Notes under the pieces: generated by a model
What the model was told of the DNA's origin: nothing
Databases searched by the model: none
What the model saw: only the letters and a program-made list of their open reading frames with translations
NCBI GenBank assembly: GCA_002189035.1
Contig: CM007989.1
Location: 7,564,001 to 7,628,000 of the forward strand
Reading direction: 5' to 3'
Length of the DNA stretch: 64,000 nt
From: Utricularia gibba
Taxonomy: Eukaryota > Plantae > Magnoliophyta
Translations under genes and position numbers: made by a program
In this document: positions 37,101 through 49,800 of the stretch, piece after piece
Position numbering within the stretch: the stretch's first letter is position 1
Layout of the letters: the number at the start of each line of letters is the position of its first letter

Positions 37101-38090
37101 TCTGTTTTATTAAATTTGTGTATAGGACAGCACCTATACATCCAATGGACAATAAAGTTGGCTTTACGTTGTTAACAAATGGTTCATCCTTGCAGGAGTG
37201 GAAGGAATCGGGAATGTGCATGCAATTCAACTAATTACAAAGTTTGGTATGCTGATGTTTTTCTCATTGTATAATTTGCAACTTGTTCTATTTCCCCCTT
37301 TTTCCGGATTTTCTATATTTGTGGTCTTTTCTATCCTGAAAAGTCTTTCATTACAGTAAATTGATATTTTGATTGCCCCCATAATCTCAGGCACACTAGA
37401 AAACTTATTGCAATGTGTGGAGCAAGTGGAAGACGAGCGTATCCAAAAGGTTTTATATTCCTCTATTTTTTATTAATTAAATTCCAATGCAAGGTTGATT
37501 CTGGAAAATTGCTATCAAGCAACTCTGTAACATGCGACGATCAGGTTTTTGCTAGAGCAATGTTGCTTTCATACTTTCCGTCCATAGTTAGCTTTGAGTG
37601 CCTTTTCATTAGAGCATGTCATCCATTGGTGCTTCCAGGCTCTGGTGTTGAATTCTGAGAAGGCTGTTTTAAGCAAGAACCTGGTAAATTCCTAGAACTA
37701 TCCATTGGTGCCATCTCATCTTCAATACACTGATATTTTGCAGTTTGTTGTTGCATGCTTGACATAGGCCATGTTGCGATCCGACCTTCCGTTCTACATG
37801 GTTCCATATACAACAGAAGATCTTGTATTTGTTAAACCAGAGGTTAGTGAGTTTTTCAAGCCCTGCAATATGGTGCTGTATATGACAGCGTTTGGAGATT
37901 TGGTGCATCTGTAAATATTTTGAGCCATCCTGTTTATAAATTTGAGCCATAATGAACCATTCAGGACAACGGAGAAAAATTCACAAGCCTCCTAAAAGCT
38001 ATCAGCGCTTATGCAGAAGGATCTTCTGCTGATTCCATCATCAGAAGGGCATTTCGTTTGTGGAAGAAGCTTGAAAGCGCGCAAATTTGA
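34154..38090 (+). CDS. 5'-3' exonuclease family protein (Pol I 5' nuclease/FEN-like, likely organellar), about 15 exons
   Basis: [43 protein letters not shown]; [32 protein letters not shown]; [14 protein letters not shown]; [12 protein letters not shown]; H3TH motif [16 protein letters not shown]; ends [29 protein letters not shown]. The start codon is uncertain. Confidence 0.92.
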
Positions 38091-38197
38091 CTACACAAGC
38101 AGCTTTGTGGGGGGATACAAATCTTAATACCGCAACAAAGTCTCACCTCTGGTGAAGCCCCGTGACAAGGGATCATGGTCAATATTGAAATTTCAAA

Positions 38198-38603
38198 CTG
38201 TTTCAAATTCGCTCTGCAAGGAATGGTTAACCTATTATGTCTTTGTTCTTTTGCATGAAAATTGAGTTTTGTTGCCTTTGGTGCTGGGGTTTTCCCTTGC
38301 TGCAGGATGCGAACTGCTCATTAGCCTCAGTTCTCTTGCAAATGATAATACAATCGTATCAATTCTGGGGAAATGGTACAAATGTGGAAGAGCAGATCAA
38401 CTGTTTCAAATTCGCTCTGCAAGGAATGGTTAACGTATTATGTCTTTGTTCTTTTGCATGAAAATTGAGTTTTGTTGCCTTTGGTGCTGGGGTTTTCCCT
38501 TGCTGCAGGATGCGAACTGCTCATTAGCCTCAGTTCTCTTGCAAATGATAATACAATCGTATCAATTCTGGGGAAGTGGTACAAATGTGGAAGAACAGAT
38601 CAA
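38198..38603. repeat. Tandem duplication, 2 x 203 bp, 3 substitutions
   Basis: Units 38198-38400 and 38401-38603 are identical except c/g, a/g and g/a, with no indels. Confidence 0.97.
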
Positions 38604-38671
38604 GTGTACCCCGCTCATAACATGGGATGAATCACAGTTCTGTCATATGCGCTTCCCTGAACGGGAAGTTA

Positions 38672-40938
38672 TTATTTTTTTCTTCTCTTCGTTAAAAGCG
38701 TCTTGTCCCTGACAGCTTCTTTCAAGAGTTCATGTGCTTGGTTAGTTATATGTGAGTTTCTGAACAAGTAGTCAACAACTATCTTAGGTGCCACAGCATC
38801 CTTCTTATCTGTGTTCACAGGTCCAGGAACAAAATCTTTCTGCACCATCAGATTTATAATCTGAACTGCCTCGCGCAGCCTATGCCCCCACACAAGCAAT
38901 TTAGCACTCGACCAAAGCTAGTCAGGGATGGGCTGAAACCTTTCTTAATGCTATCAAGCAGAAAGTAGTATCCAGAATCGATGTTGGCAGTCTTGCAGAA
39001 GCCATCAATCATGCAGCGGTATGTGTACCTGTCTGGTGAACAGCCTGAATCCACCATCTCTTGAAATAATTTAGTTGCCATGTCCATATTTAGCTTTTCA
39101 CAGAACGCATTGATCAGAATATTATGCGTCGATGCCACTGGGGGTACCTTGTATTGTTTTTCCATTCTTCTTAACAGCTCATAGGCTTTATCTAGGTCCC
39201 AAGTCTCGCAAAAGCCACTGATCAATGTGCCAAAAGTGACCGTATCTGGTCTCAAACCATTTTTCTGGATCTCATAAAAAAACTCCATAGCTTTGTCAAT
39301 CTTCCTAGCTTTGCAAAAGCTTTCTATCACTATATTATAAGTGACAACATTAGGCACGCATCTATTTTCAATCATGGCCTTGAACATTTCTAATACATCA
39401 CTAGACTTGGAAGTCTTGCAGATCCCATCCAACAGAGTATTGTATGTGATGATGTCTGGTGTAACATCATGATCACGCACTAAGCAGACAATCTCAAGCG
39501 CTTCATCAATCCTGGACTTCTTGCAGAAGCCGTCGATCAATGTATTAAATGTGAATATGTCAGGAAGAAACCCCTTTGAAATAGCATCATTCATGAGCGT
39601 GTTTGCATCAGACAAACATCCCAGCTTACACATAGCATTTATGATTAAATTGTAGGTCCACATATCTGGTTTGCACCCATTTTCTTCCATCTTGCCTAAT
39701 AATTCTAGAGATTCAAAAACAAACCCATGACAGCACAATCCTTGAATTAACTTGTTGTACAAAATAAGGTTTTGTGTCATACCTTTTTCAGCTGCTTTAT
39801 AAAATATGCTCAATGCCCTATCAACCTCGCCATTCTCAAATGATCCATGCAATAAAGAGCAGTATGTGAACTCATTGGGCACGAACCCTCTGAATACCGC
39901 ATCATGAAGGACTCTATCTGCCTTATGAATCATATTAAGTTTGCAGTATCCACCAATGATTGAATTGTAGGTGAAAGCATCAGGCTCAAAGCCACATGTA
40001 ACCATCCTATTCATGTACTTCTCAGCTTCTACCACTTTTGAGTTCTTAGACAGACCACAAATAAGGGTGTTATATGTCACAGCATCAGGAGAAAAACCAG
40101 ACTTTGTAACACATTCCAACATCCTGGCCGCCTCATCAAGTAAGCCTTTATTGCAAAGACCTCGGATAAATATGTTAAATGTGAACAAATTAGGGAAAAC
40201 ACCCCTTTTAAGAACCTTACTTAGCAGCATTTCACTTTCCTTGACATCGCCCCTTTTACAAAGTGCGTCTATAAGCTTATTGAATGTAGCAATATCAGGT
40301 ACCATACCAAGCCTCATCATCTCATTGAACAATCCATGAGCTTCGCTAGGATGACCCCCCTGGTAAAACCCACAAATCACCGTACAGTACGCCACTGAGT
40401 TGAGCTCACATCCCTGCGCTGGCATGCCATTCAAAAGCCGAAGAGCTGCAAATGGCCTGTTAGTTCGGCAAAATGATTTAATCCTAATTGTATATGTATG
40501 TACATCAGGAGCTACCCCTGCATCCTTCATCCTCATGTAGACGTTGTGAGCCTGCAAGAAAAAACTATTTTCCACCAGAATGTTCATAATCACATTGTAG
40601 GAAAACACTGTTGGCTGACAATGGTAGAAATGCATCCTCTCAAACACGTTAACCGCTTCTTGAACCTTCTTTCTTTTACCATAATTTCTCATGGCGCAGA
40701 CATAGGCACCTTCTAGTGAATGATTATCAAGAGCTTCCCTCATCTCGGCCATGACATCTTCCATAGCTTCAAACGCCCCGAAAGAACCGAGCTTTTCAAT
40801 CATGCATTTATAGGTTAACAACGTGTGCCTGTACCCATCTTCCTTTTTAACAGAACGAAACATATCAAGGGCTCTTATCGGGTCTCTCTGATGCCGTATG
40901 ACTGCGGCTACATGTTTAGGGAGGACAGCGCAGCTCAT
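38672..40938 (-). CDS. P-class pentatricopeptide repeat protein (At1g74580-like), intronless, apparent 1-nt deletion at 38885-38889
   Basis: MSCAVLPKHVAAVIRHQRDPIRALDMF followed by a long array of 35-aa PPR motifs (PDAVTYNTLICGL, PDIFTFNTLIDGFCK). The conserved C-terminus APKIVVDYL..ELLKEAVRDK lies in the next frame (38672-38899). Confidence 0.95.
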
Positions 40939-41392
40939 TCCCGCAAGTAATTCAACCGACCTTGAAAACAAAATCCATCAGAAACGGATGCTAACCCTTT
41001 CACTTTTATGGAGAAACACGAGGTCTCTAGCAGCAGATGTAAGAGTAACTCGAAGGCAGTTCGCTGCATATGCATCCAACAAGATGCTTCTCGCTAGGTT
41101 AAAGACGATGCCTAGTTTCCAGGGGAACAACATGGCTGGTGGATAAAATTAGGGTTGAAGTCCGTGAAATTGGGGACTTCTGTATGATAGTGCGGAAAGC
41201 AGAGTTGCAAAAGAAAATTAGGGCATTTTTTGAAGTCTACCAAGTATCACGATTGACGTATCAATAACGGGCTGAGGCCAGGAACCTGTTGGGCTTTCAG
41301 CCATCGCCATTTTTTTTCCTCAAAAAGGGAAAAAGAAGGATCTGAGAGTAAGTCTTCGAACAGAAGAGAGGACCGTCAGCTACTGGAGGCAA

Positions 41393-43036
41393 ATGGAATC
41401 GGAGGGGTCAGGGATATGGCTAGAGAATGCGTTGAAGGAGATATCTGCGAGCGTGAAAACAGGAATTGAATTGGATGGAGAAATCATATCAGGCCTCGTC
41501 TCTTATTGCGAGATGGCTTCTCCTCTGGATGCGAAAGAATACCTAGATGTATGAGGAAATCTCCATGGTTTCAAAGCCTTGTATTTCTATGGATTTTTGT
41601 GGTTACGCCCTTGTTCTTTAGGATTTTGCTACAGCCGTTCCTATTGCTTAGGCTTGAGATAAAATTTAGTCATGCTATTCCTTGGATATGTATTGGTCCA
41701 TGATGATGCGGATTCTACTGAATAGTGTTGAATTGGCCATTATAAGACGAAAGTTATTCGTGTTGGTGGTCTTGTTTTCCTTGCTGGGATTTGTGTTTGG
41801 TGAACTTTTGTAGGAGAATCTGAATCTTTTCTTTATCTTCGTTTTTCTTCAGAACATCGTGGGGGAAGAAGCTGTGAAAGCTGTGACGGAGGAGTACTTG
41901 AAACGAAGAGGCCATGTTGGCAATAGCTCCAACAGAGATGCTTCATCATCGGGTTTCCATGCATATGTGAAACCTCAGTCTGATAACGGCCTTGCTATTA
42001 AATCTCGGAAACCTCAAGGAGCTTCAAAAGACCTTTTGCCTTCCTCAAGTCAGAAAACTCTGATAAAGAATGAAACCACGGAGCCCCAAATATCTAAAGG
42101 TGGATCGAAGAAGAAAAAAGTCGGGAAGATAATTTCTCTGGCTGATGCATCAAAGGGTTCTATTGTATTTCAGAAGGGAAAACCGTGCTCTTGTCAAGCT
42201 CGGCAGCATAGGCTGGTGAGCAATTGTTTATCTTGTGGGAAGATCGTTTGTGAGCAGGAGGGTGAGGGACCTTGTAGCTTTTGTGGTGCTCTTGTGCTAA
42301 GAGAAGGAAGCTCGTACGCTGGCCTGGATGAAGGTGTCTCTCTACTGACAGATGCTGAGACAGCTGCTCAGGCATTTGCCAAAAGGCTTGTTGACTATGA
42401 TCGAAACTCTGCAGCTCGTACGACCGTTATAGATGATCAAAGCGACTATTATGAGCTTGATGCAAATAGTTGGCTGTCTATGGAGGTTCGTCACTGGTGC
42501 GCGGACCCTATGATAAGAAATGACACTCCTCACGAATGCACATATTTTGTTTTAACTTATCTTTCTCAAAGTTGCACATGTTCCCTTTTTCTCAGGAAAA
42601 AGAACTTCTGATAAAGAAAAGGGAGGAGCTAGAAGAAATTGAACGAGCAAACCGAAACAAATTGGTCATGACATTTGATCTTCTTGGTCGGAAGGTCATA
42701 TCTTGTTAATATAAATCTCTCTAGCTTTGTTTGATTTTCTGCTAGGAAACTAAAGGAAGCATGGTTTCGACTACTAAGTACGAATGCTTTTGTTCTCAGG
42801 TGCTCCTTAATGAAGATGAAGCTGGTGAGGCATTGCAGAACCGCATTTTACTCCAGCCACCAGTTGAACGTCAGGAAGTTCGCATCAAACCGAACCCATC
42901 TCTCAAAGTGCAGCCAATATTTATCAACCCAAGCGGTCAAAAATCTGCCAAGGGAAATAAGGTTTCCACAAGCTTGACCTTAGAGAGAAGTGGGAGGTTG
43001 CAGCATGACACCCATGAAGCTGTTCATGTTCTCTGA
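41393..43036 (+). CDS. ASC-1/TRIP4-like C2HC5 zinc-finger protein, 4 exons
   Basis: MESEGSGIWLENAL..IISGLVSYCEMASPLDAKEYLD|NIVG; zinc finger GKPCSCQARQHRLVSNCLSCGKIVCEQEGEGPCSFCGALV; KRLVDYDRNSAARTTVIDDQSDYYE; TFDLLGRK|VLLNED; IKPNPSL. Confidence 0.93.
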
Positions 43037-44000
43037 TCTGGGGAGATTTTTCCAGTGTTATGCTTCCTTCATTGGTTTCTCGTGGTTATAAGAAACTGTA
43101 TATCTGGGATTTTCTCCTTTCTCGGTTTTCTTTTAGTTTGGAATGCTGTGTATAATTCACATTCCCAAGCAATTCCATCCCGGAATCATATTTTAATAGT
43201 TTATGATCCTGAGTATTACTCTGCGTAAAGTACATGATGCCCGTGTGGAAGGGATGCACTCTAATGATAGCGAATGACAAGAACTCTGTGTAGGTAAATG
43301 CCTTTTGAAACATATGCATAAAATATTATTTTTATTTAGTCCTTTCATGTTTACTGTTAGTTATTTCGGCAGGTACATCAAAGGCATTCAGATAGCCTAC
43401 ATCAACCACAAGCTTCAAGGAGGCAGGCGAGAAGGAGTGTGGATACTATGTCATCAATGCCGATTCAAGGGGCATTTAGACTTCTTGATACAAAAAGGAA
43501 TGGAGGGAAGATCCACTCAAAAGTGAATTTGTTTTGTGGAGATTTCAAAGAAATCAGATCGTCCATAAGAGGTAAACCACCATCTCCTGAATGCACTATG
43601 CGTACATCTGTTCTGGAGACAATTCAGCATTGGTGGTTCGAGTGCAGAGTCGCTCAAGAGTTGCAAGAAATTTCATTTTCCAATGGTGGCTGATAGAGAG
43701 ACCTCAAGATTAGTTCACTTAGACATGGCAATCCTGCTCTCTCAGATGGTACAACTCGGTGGTGCTAAGCTGGAGCTGCGTGGTGCAGGGGTAAGGAGGC
43801 AATGGCAGGTTTTGATTCGAGGGATGGTGCCCTTGCCATGTGGGAAACCCAGTCCTATGCACTTTTGTGGATTCAAAAAAGGAAGTGACTTGGGTAGTAT
43901 CGCCAAAAGATGGTGCCAGCAGCTATGCTACTGTGCAGTTTACTGTTAGCTAAAAAAGCTACCTTCCATTGTCTTCGCGTGTTTCAGCTTTGAAGCGAAG

Positions 44001-45179
44001 ATGTCAATTCCAACCGTCGATCTTTCCGATTTGTTCACAGAAAACGGCGACGATGGTGTACGGAAGAAGGCCACGGATACCATTAGAGAAGCCTGCTCCC
44101 AGTATGGCTTCTTCCAGATCATCAACCATGGAATTCCAATTCACCTCATGACCCGAGGTCTACAACTATCAAGAGCGTTTTTTGAGTTACCAATTGAAGA
44201 GAAGCTTGAATACAGCCCCAACCCCACTGCCCCTCTCCCGGCTGGTTACAGCAAGCAGCCAGAGAAGTCACTGGACAAAAACGAGTACCTGTTGATGTTC
44301 TCACCTGAATCTGATTTCTGCGTTTTGCCCAACAGTCCTGCGTGCTTTGGGTATGTGAATATTTATCATGCTACATGCTAGCATATTATTGCTTCAAATG
44401 TTGGATCTATGATCCAATATAGCTTTTTGACAGGTATTGACCTTTTCTTTCAATGGGTTGAATTAAATGTCTTGCCTTCTTTTCATTCTAGACAAACCCT
44501 GGTGGAGATGTTCACGAAATTACAGAAACTAGGAGAATTGATGGAGAAAACTCTGAATGATTGCATGGGACTGCCACCTGGTTTTCTCAGAGAATATAAC
44601 AGTGACAGAAGTTGGGATTTCATGGTGGCTTTGCGCTATTTTCCGGCTACCGGTGATGACATAAATGGCTTATTTGAACACCAAGACGCCAATGTCATCA
44701 CATTTGTAATCCAGGACAATGTCGGAGGGCTTGAGGTCCTGAAGGACAGGGAATGGATTCCTGTGGTTCCGGCAGAAGGAACCATTGTTGTCAACTTGGG
44801 CGATGTTATTCAGGCAAAAATTATCAACCCTTTAGCAATTTTATAAGATGCACTAAAGCTGTGATGCGATTATACGAATTACATATAAACTGCACAGGAT
44901 GCTTGATTGCAGGTTTTGAGCAACAAGTTCAAAAGCGCGACGCATAGAGTTTTGAGATGCAAAGAAATGAGTCGCCATTCATTCGCCTTCTTCTACAACA
45001 TTGAAGGCAACAAGTGGATCGAGCCGCTGCGTGCCTTCACTAGTGACGTTGGGGAGTCGCCCAAGTACAGGGGATTCGCTTATAAGGATTACCAGGCACT
45101 GAGAATGAGGAACAAGACCCACCCACCTGCCAGACCTGAGGATGCCATCAACATAGACCACTATGCAGTTTCCATGTAA
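44001..45179 (+). CDS. 2-oxoglutarate/Fe(II)-dependent dioxygenase (DOXC class), 3 exons
   Basis: IPTVDLS..ACSQYGFFQIINHGI; Fe ligands H-x-D (EHQD) and H (THRV); 2OG-binding R-x-S (SRHSF). Intron 1 44351-44490 is GT-AG; intron 2 44814-44912 is GC-AG. Substrate cannot be assigned. Confidence 0.93.
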
Positions 45180-45475
45180 TGTCTTGTGATATGCGTTCAT
45201 GAACATAAAAGTCTGGTGCTTGGTTCGATTCAAGCTGTGGCTGCTATCCTGGGACTGCCATGTATCCAAAGATCACTTCTTTATCAGTTTGTGTTTTTGA
45301 GCTCTGTTGAAATTCAAGCTCTTGTCTTTATTTTTGTTTGGATTCCCCAGGCGGGGAGGGGGTGCCATAAATGCAATATATTTAACTTTCCCAATCCATA
45401 AAGTTTTACCTCCTCCGGTTGTGCCCTAGCTAACTTGTTCTTCTTGTGTAGCTGTGAGGCGACGCGACGATCATC

Positions 45476-46512
45476 ATGGTAATTGGTAATATCTGTGGAT
45501 GTTTGTAACTATGGACGCTTTCGCTTATCCGGGTTTACATGTCACCGTTGAGTAGGACAGCAGGATGTACGATCACAGATTCCAGCGGACTGATCAGTGG
45601 ATGCCCGTCTATTCTTGGCTCGAGTCGCTGGATACGGATGAAGTGATCAAGTCCAAGGATGTCGCTGATTGGTTGACGGCGAACCCAGAAATCAGGGATC
45701 ACTTGTATGCACGGCATTCGCGGTATCATTTGATGCACTACATCAAGAAGTGCCATGTCAAAATCCTGAAGCGGAAGGAAAAGCAGGTCGTTTTACTTCA
45801 GATGCTCTACATTTTTGCTGGGCTTGTCTGTTTGTGCGCTTGAGCTTGCGTTCAGTTACAATGTGGAAAAGTGAGATGAGAAACATGCTTTGTTTTATGA
45901 ATTTGCCAGGCGTCATGATGTATGAGTTTTCTGGTGAACAGGCATGTCGTCTGCTTAGATAGTTTGAGAAGAGTTTATGGCTCCTGAAAGTGTTAACTGA
46001 AACATTGACTTGACCCCTCATTATTCCATGCCTGTCTTATTGAGAAATTGCCAGAAAGCATCTTAGCTTACATTTTTGTCTTCGACATTTGAAATCTTTC
46101 TGCATTAGTACTCTGTTGGTCCATCGTTGTGAACATTCCAATATCCAACCATAGGGATTGATCGTTGCAAAACTCCCGCCCAAGATTGGTCAGAGTTCTG
46201 AGTTGAAGGACCCTGGTTCACCCCATTATTCTGGTAAACCTGACATTGGTTTCTTTGACAAGAATGGTCATTCTTATCCTAATGAGGTTCTAATTCATGC
46301 AGGCAACAACTTGAGTGGCATCCCGAAGAACAGCGATCTATACAAGGCGAAGCACGCCGAAGCATTGCACAAATATGAGATGTAAGTATTGATCCTATAT
46401 ATTGGTACTTTTTTTTTTCTTTTCTGTATAATATGCCCACTTGTCTCATTTTTCCAGTTTGGTAGAGCTGGAGAAACAACTTCTTCCGCTCTTTGATAAA
46501 GGTGAAAGCTAA
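45476..46512 (+). CDS. Conserved plant protein of unknown function, probably 4 exons
   Basis: Probable ATG-only micro-exon 45476-45478, then DSRMYDHRFQRTDQWMPVYSWLESLDTDEVIKSKDVADWLTANPEIRDHLYARHSRYHLMHYIKKCHVKILKRKEKQ, an exon from about 46155, and KHAEALHKYEI|LVELEKQLLPLFDKGES*. Splice phases are consistent; no domain name recognised. Confidence 0.75.
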
Positions 46513-46867
46513 GATACTTAAGCTCTCCATATCTGTTCACGTAGTTCTGGTACTACTCTGCAAATCTGTGTAGATGATGGAACCATCATTCCTGTGAGAC
46601 GTAGTGTGATATCTGTTGTACAGAATATGTAACTACTGCTTGGGAATTTGTTGGTTGGGCTCTACATACAGCAAAATTGCAACCTCGATTTTATTTCAAA
46701 GAATTGAACGCTTGTTATATGAAAATCACATGAGTCACCCTTTGAATCTTGAGATGAATATCTTCATAATCAACCCTGCCTGGTAAGTGCTAGTGAATGC
46801 TAAGCTACTTGTGGTTGACACCCGAAATTAAATGGAAGTTACACAACTCAAAATAGGTGTTTTCCAT

Positions 46868-49800
46868 TCAATGGCTCAGGGACTGAGCATCTCTTACAAC
46901 CTTAATGAAGACATCCTCCAGCGTTGTGTCAACCAACCCCAGGCCTTGACTTCGAACCTTCTCTTTGCACGCTCTACTGCTCCAAAGACATCAGCTATCT
47001 GTATTTCCTGCTTTGGAAGCTCAAATTTCTGGGTGCCTGATAATCTGTAGACTCTAACTGCATTTGAACTGAGGCCATGGACCATGTTTTCAACATCTTC
47101 TTCGTGATCCGGGGACGTAGTTATAGTCAACACGTATGAGCCTCCATATCTTAACTTAAGCTATCAAGGGAAAGTTAGAGCAGTGAGCACAAAGATGAGC
47201 AATCAAAACTTGCATTTGGGTTGCATAACCTTTCATTTTCACCAATAAGATAAAAAACAGCACTACCTCTTTTGGCTCTCCAATGCACTGTAAACTTCCA
47301 TCCTTGAAAATGCCAAGACGATCACACAAGTGCTCAGCCTCTTCCATTGAATGTGCTGAAAAAAATAATAAGTGTGAGTGCAACAACAAGCAAAGGTTAG
47401 GTTATTTCTCTCTTTCTGCAGATGGAGACTGAATCTACTTGTGAGAATTATGGCTCTGTTTTGTTTTGACTGCATCACTACGTCCCAGAGCAGGTTTCTT
47501 GAATTGGGATCAAGTCCTGTGCTAGGCTCATCCATATAAACCACCTTGGGTCACCAATGAGTGAAATTGCGACACTGAGCCTCCTCTTCATGCCTCCACT
47601 ATATTTTCCAGCTTCTTTGTCTGCTACATGAAGTAAGTTCACACTTCTAAGGGAATCCTCCACTGCCTGTATGAGCACAGAGAGCATATCAATGACAAGA
47701 GTCTATAATCAGTTCGAAGCTAAATACTTTTTTGAAAGATTGTCTAACTTTTTGCAGTGCAGCCCCTTTCAGATTTTTAAGTCTTCCATAGAAAAGAAGA
47801 TGCTCCCTTCCTGACAAAGTTTCCCAGAGCACGCTGCAAAATTTAGTACACCACTAGTTAAAAAATTCATCAAAATCGCACTGTTCAGTTCATATGGCTG
47901 TAATGCTTACTCGTGCTGAGGGCACACACCAGTGCTGCTGTATATTCTATCCTTATCCGTCTGTATATCCAGTCCATTGATATATGCAGTTCCTGAACTC
48001 GGCTTTACAAGGCCAATCATCTGCTTGAAATGGAAGAGATGAACGAATTTCAAAGTGAAGACATTCTTCAAAGTAAACTCAGGTGCAGTTCACTGACCAT
48101 ATTGATGAAGGATGTTTTGCCTGCACCATTGGAACCAAGTATTCCAAAACATTCTCCTTTCTCCATGGCAAGAGAAACCCCTCTAACTGCATACGTATCC
48201 GGGCGTCCATCCCTTCCTTTATAGACTTTTTCAATATCATTACAGATGACGGCTTGGTTTGCGGATGATTCAAGTAACTTTTGCACCCTTTCCCTCTGAG
48301 CAGAACGCAAGTTAATGAGAAAATAGAAGGATAATGATCTTACCAACCTCCAATGCCACAGCTTACCTCCTGCTCAACATCAAGCTTGTTCATCTGAAAA
48401 TAAACCTTGGAACTTTGCATTCCATAACTTTCTTCGTGGGAAGATGGTACGAACTTCTTCTTCAGCCTTCGCGGCAAGAATGAAAAAGGGCTACTTCCAG
48501 ATGAAACACGCCGATCTAGACAAAGTGCAGCACCTAGAAAGATTAGCCACTCTACCCCAATGATGATCAAGACGTTTTTCATTCCATTATTACTGGAATT
48601 TAAATCCCTCCATTGCATCCCCCTCTTTCCTGTATAAGTTCCACTGAAGGAATACAGCGAAAGGTCGTAAAGCCCACGATAAAGTGAAAATCCAGGGTAT
48701 AGTTCCATGGCGATTATTGCAGCTTCTGCAACAAAATACTAATCATAACTGTGCAGAGTTTTATAACAAGGTTCTTAGGTTCATGAGAAAATTAGCTTAC
48801 TTGAAAATGAAGAATTTTGAAGAAAGAACTGGAAAAGGAAGCCGCCCAACAGACCATTTCCAAACACAATCAAGTAACCCACAACTGAATGTTTCAACTT
48901 GTGAAAGGTTATTAAACTGTTAAGGCACAACCAATGAAAGATATTTTGCAAAGCTTTTCTCAGACTGAGGGCAAACCTGTAGCAGTCCTCACACATGAAA
49001 ACCAATCAGCGGCGAGAAAAGCCAAAGCAATTTGCAAGTTTATATACAAGAAATAGAACACGAACTGGATGCAATAATCATTTGAAGAGAAGAATTTTAG
49101 TCCTGCAGATCAAAAAGTATTTCTGAGAACATGGAACTCAAAGCTAATTCTTTCATTCCTTCTCATAAATTAAATAGTGTACAGTAGAGATTACCTACTA
49201 GGCATCCAAATACTACAAAGCACAGCGTATATAATACGGATAGTGCAAGAAAATAGCAATAAGATATCAACCAATACGGTCCATCACCAAGACCATGCAT
49301 TTTCATCATGATTCTTAGCCTGTTTTCCTTCTCGTATACCAAGTTTATCAAAATAACCTAGACGAAGCCAAGCCAATAACTATAATGAGCATGCCTAAAA
49401 ACAAAATAATAATAAAAAGAGAAGAGAATTTAAGAACTACTCACTGGGAAGAGTTGCAGAATAACCCAAGTGAAAAAGAGAGGCCCAAGGATAGAAGAAA
49501 AATCCAACCTGAGAACAGCCTCAGACTTTGGCATTTCTTTCACAAACTCAATAGGCATCTGTGTACCTGCTCCGAGAAGGAGTTGAATATACGCATTCGA
49601 TACCTGCAAGAGCAACAGAAAATTATAGTTGGCGGGGATGGAGTAGAAAGTTTCATAGTCAGGAACTGGGATATATACCCCAGATTGCTTCTGTACATAC
49701 CAAGTTTACTGAACGAGGCACCCTTGTGAGTGCAGTAGGCTGAGTTGCGCTTTTATCCTTGTATGTAGAATTGTACCATATTGTAACATTGAACAGTCCT

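Noticed and set aside
39971-40716. Plus-strand ORFs inside the PPR gene, and similar antisense ORFs over the peroxidase, MYB, P5CDH and SCAR exons
   Set aside because: They are shadow frames of real coding sequence on the opposite strand.
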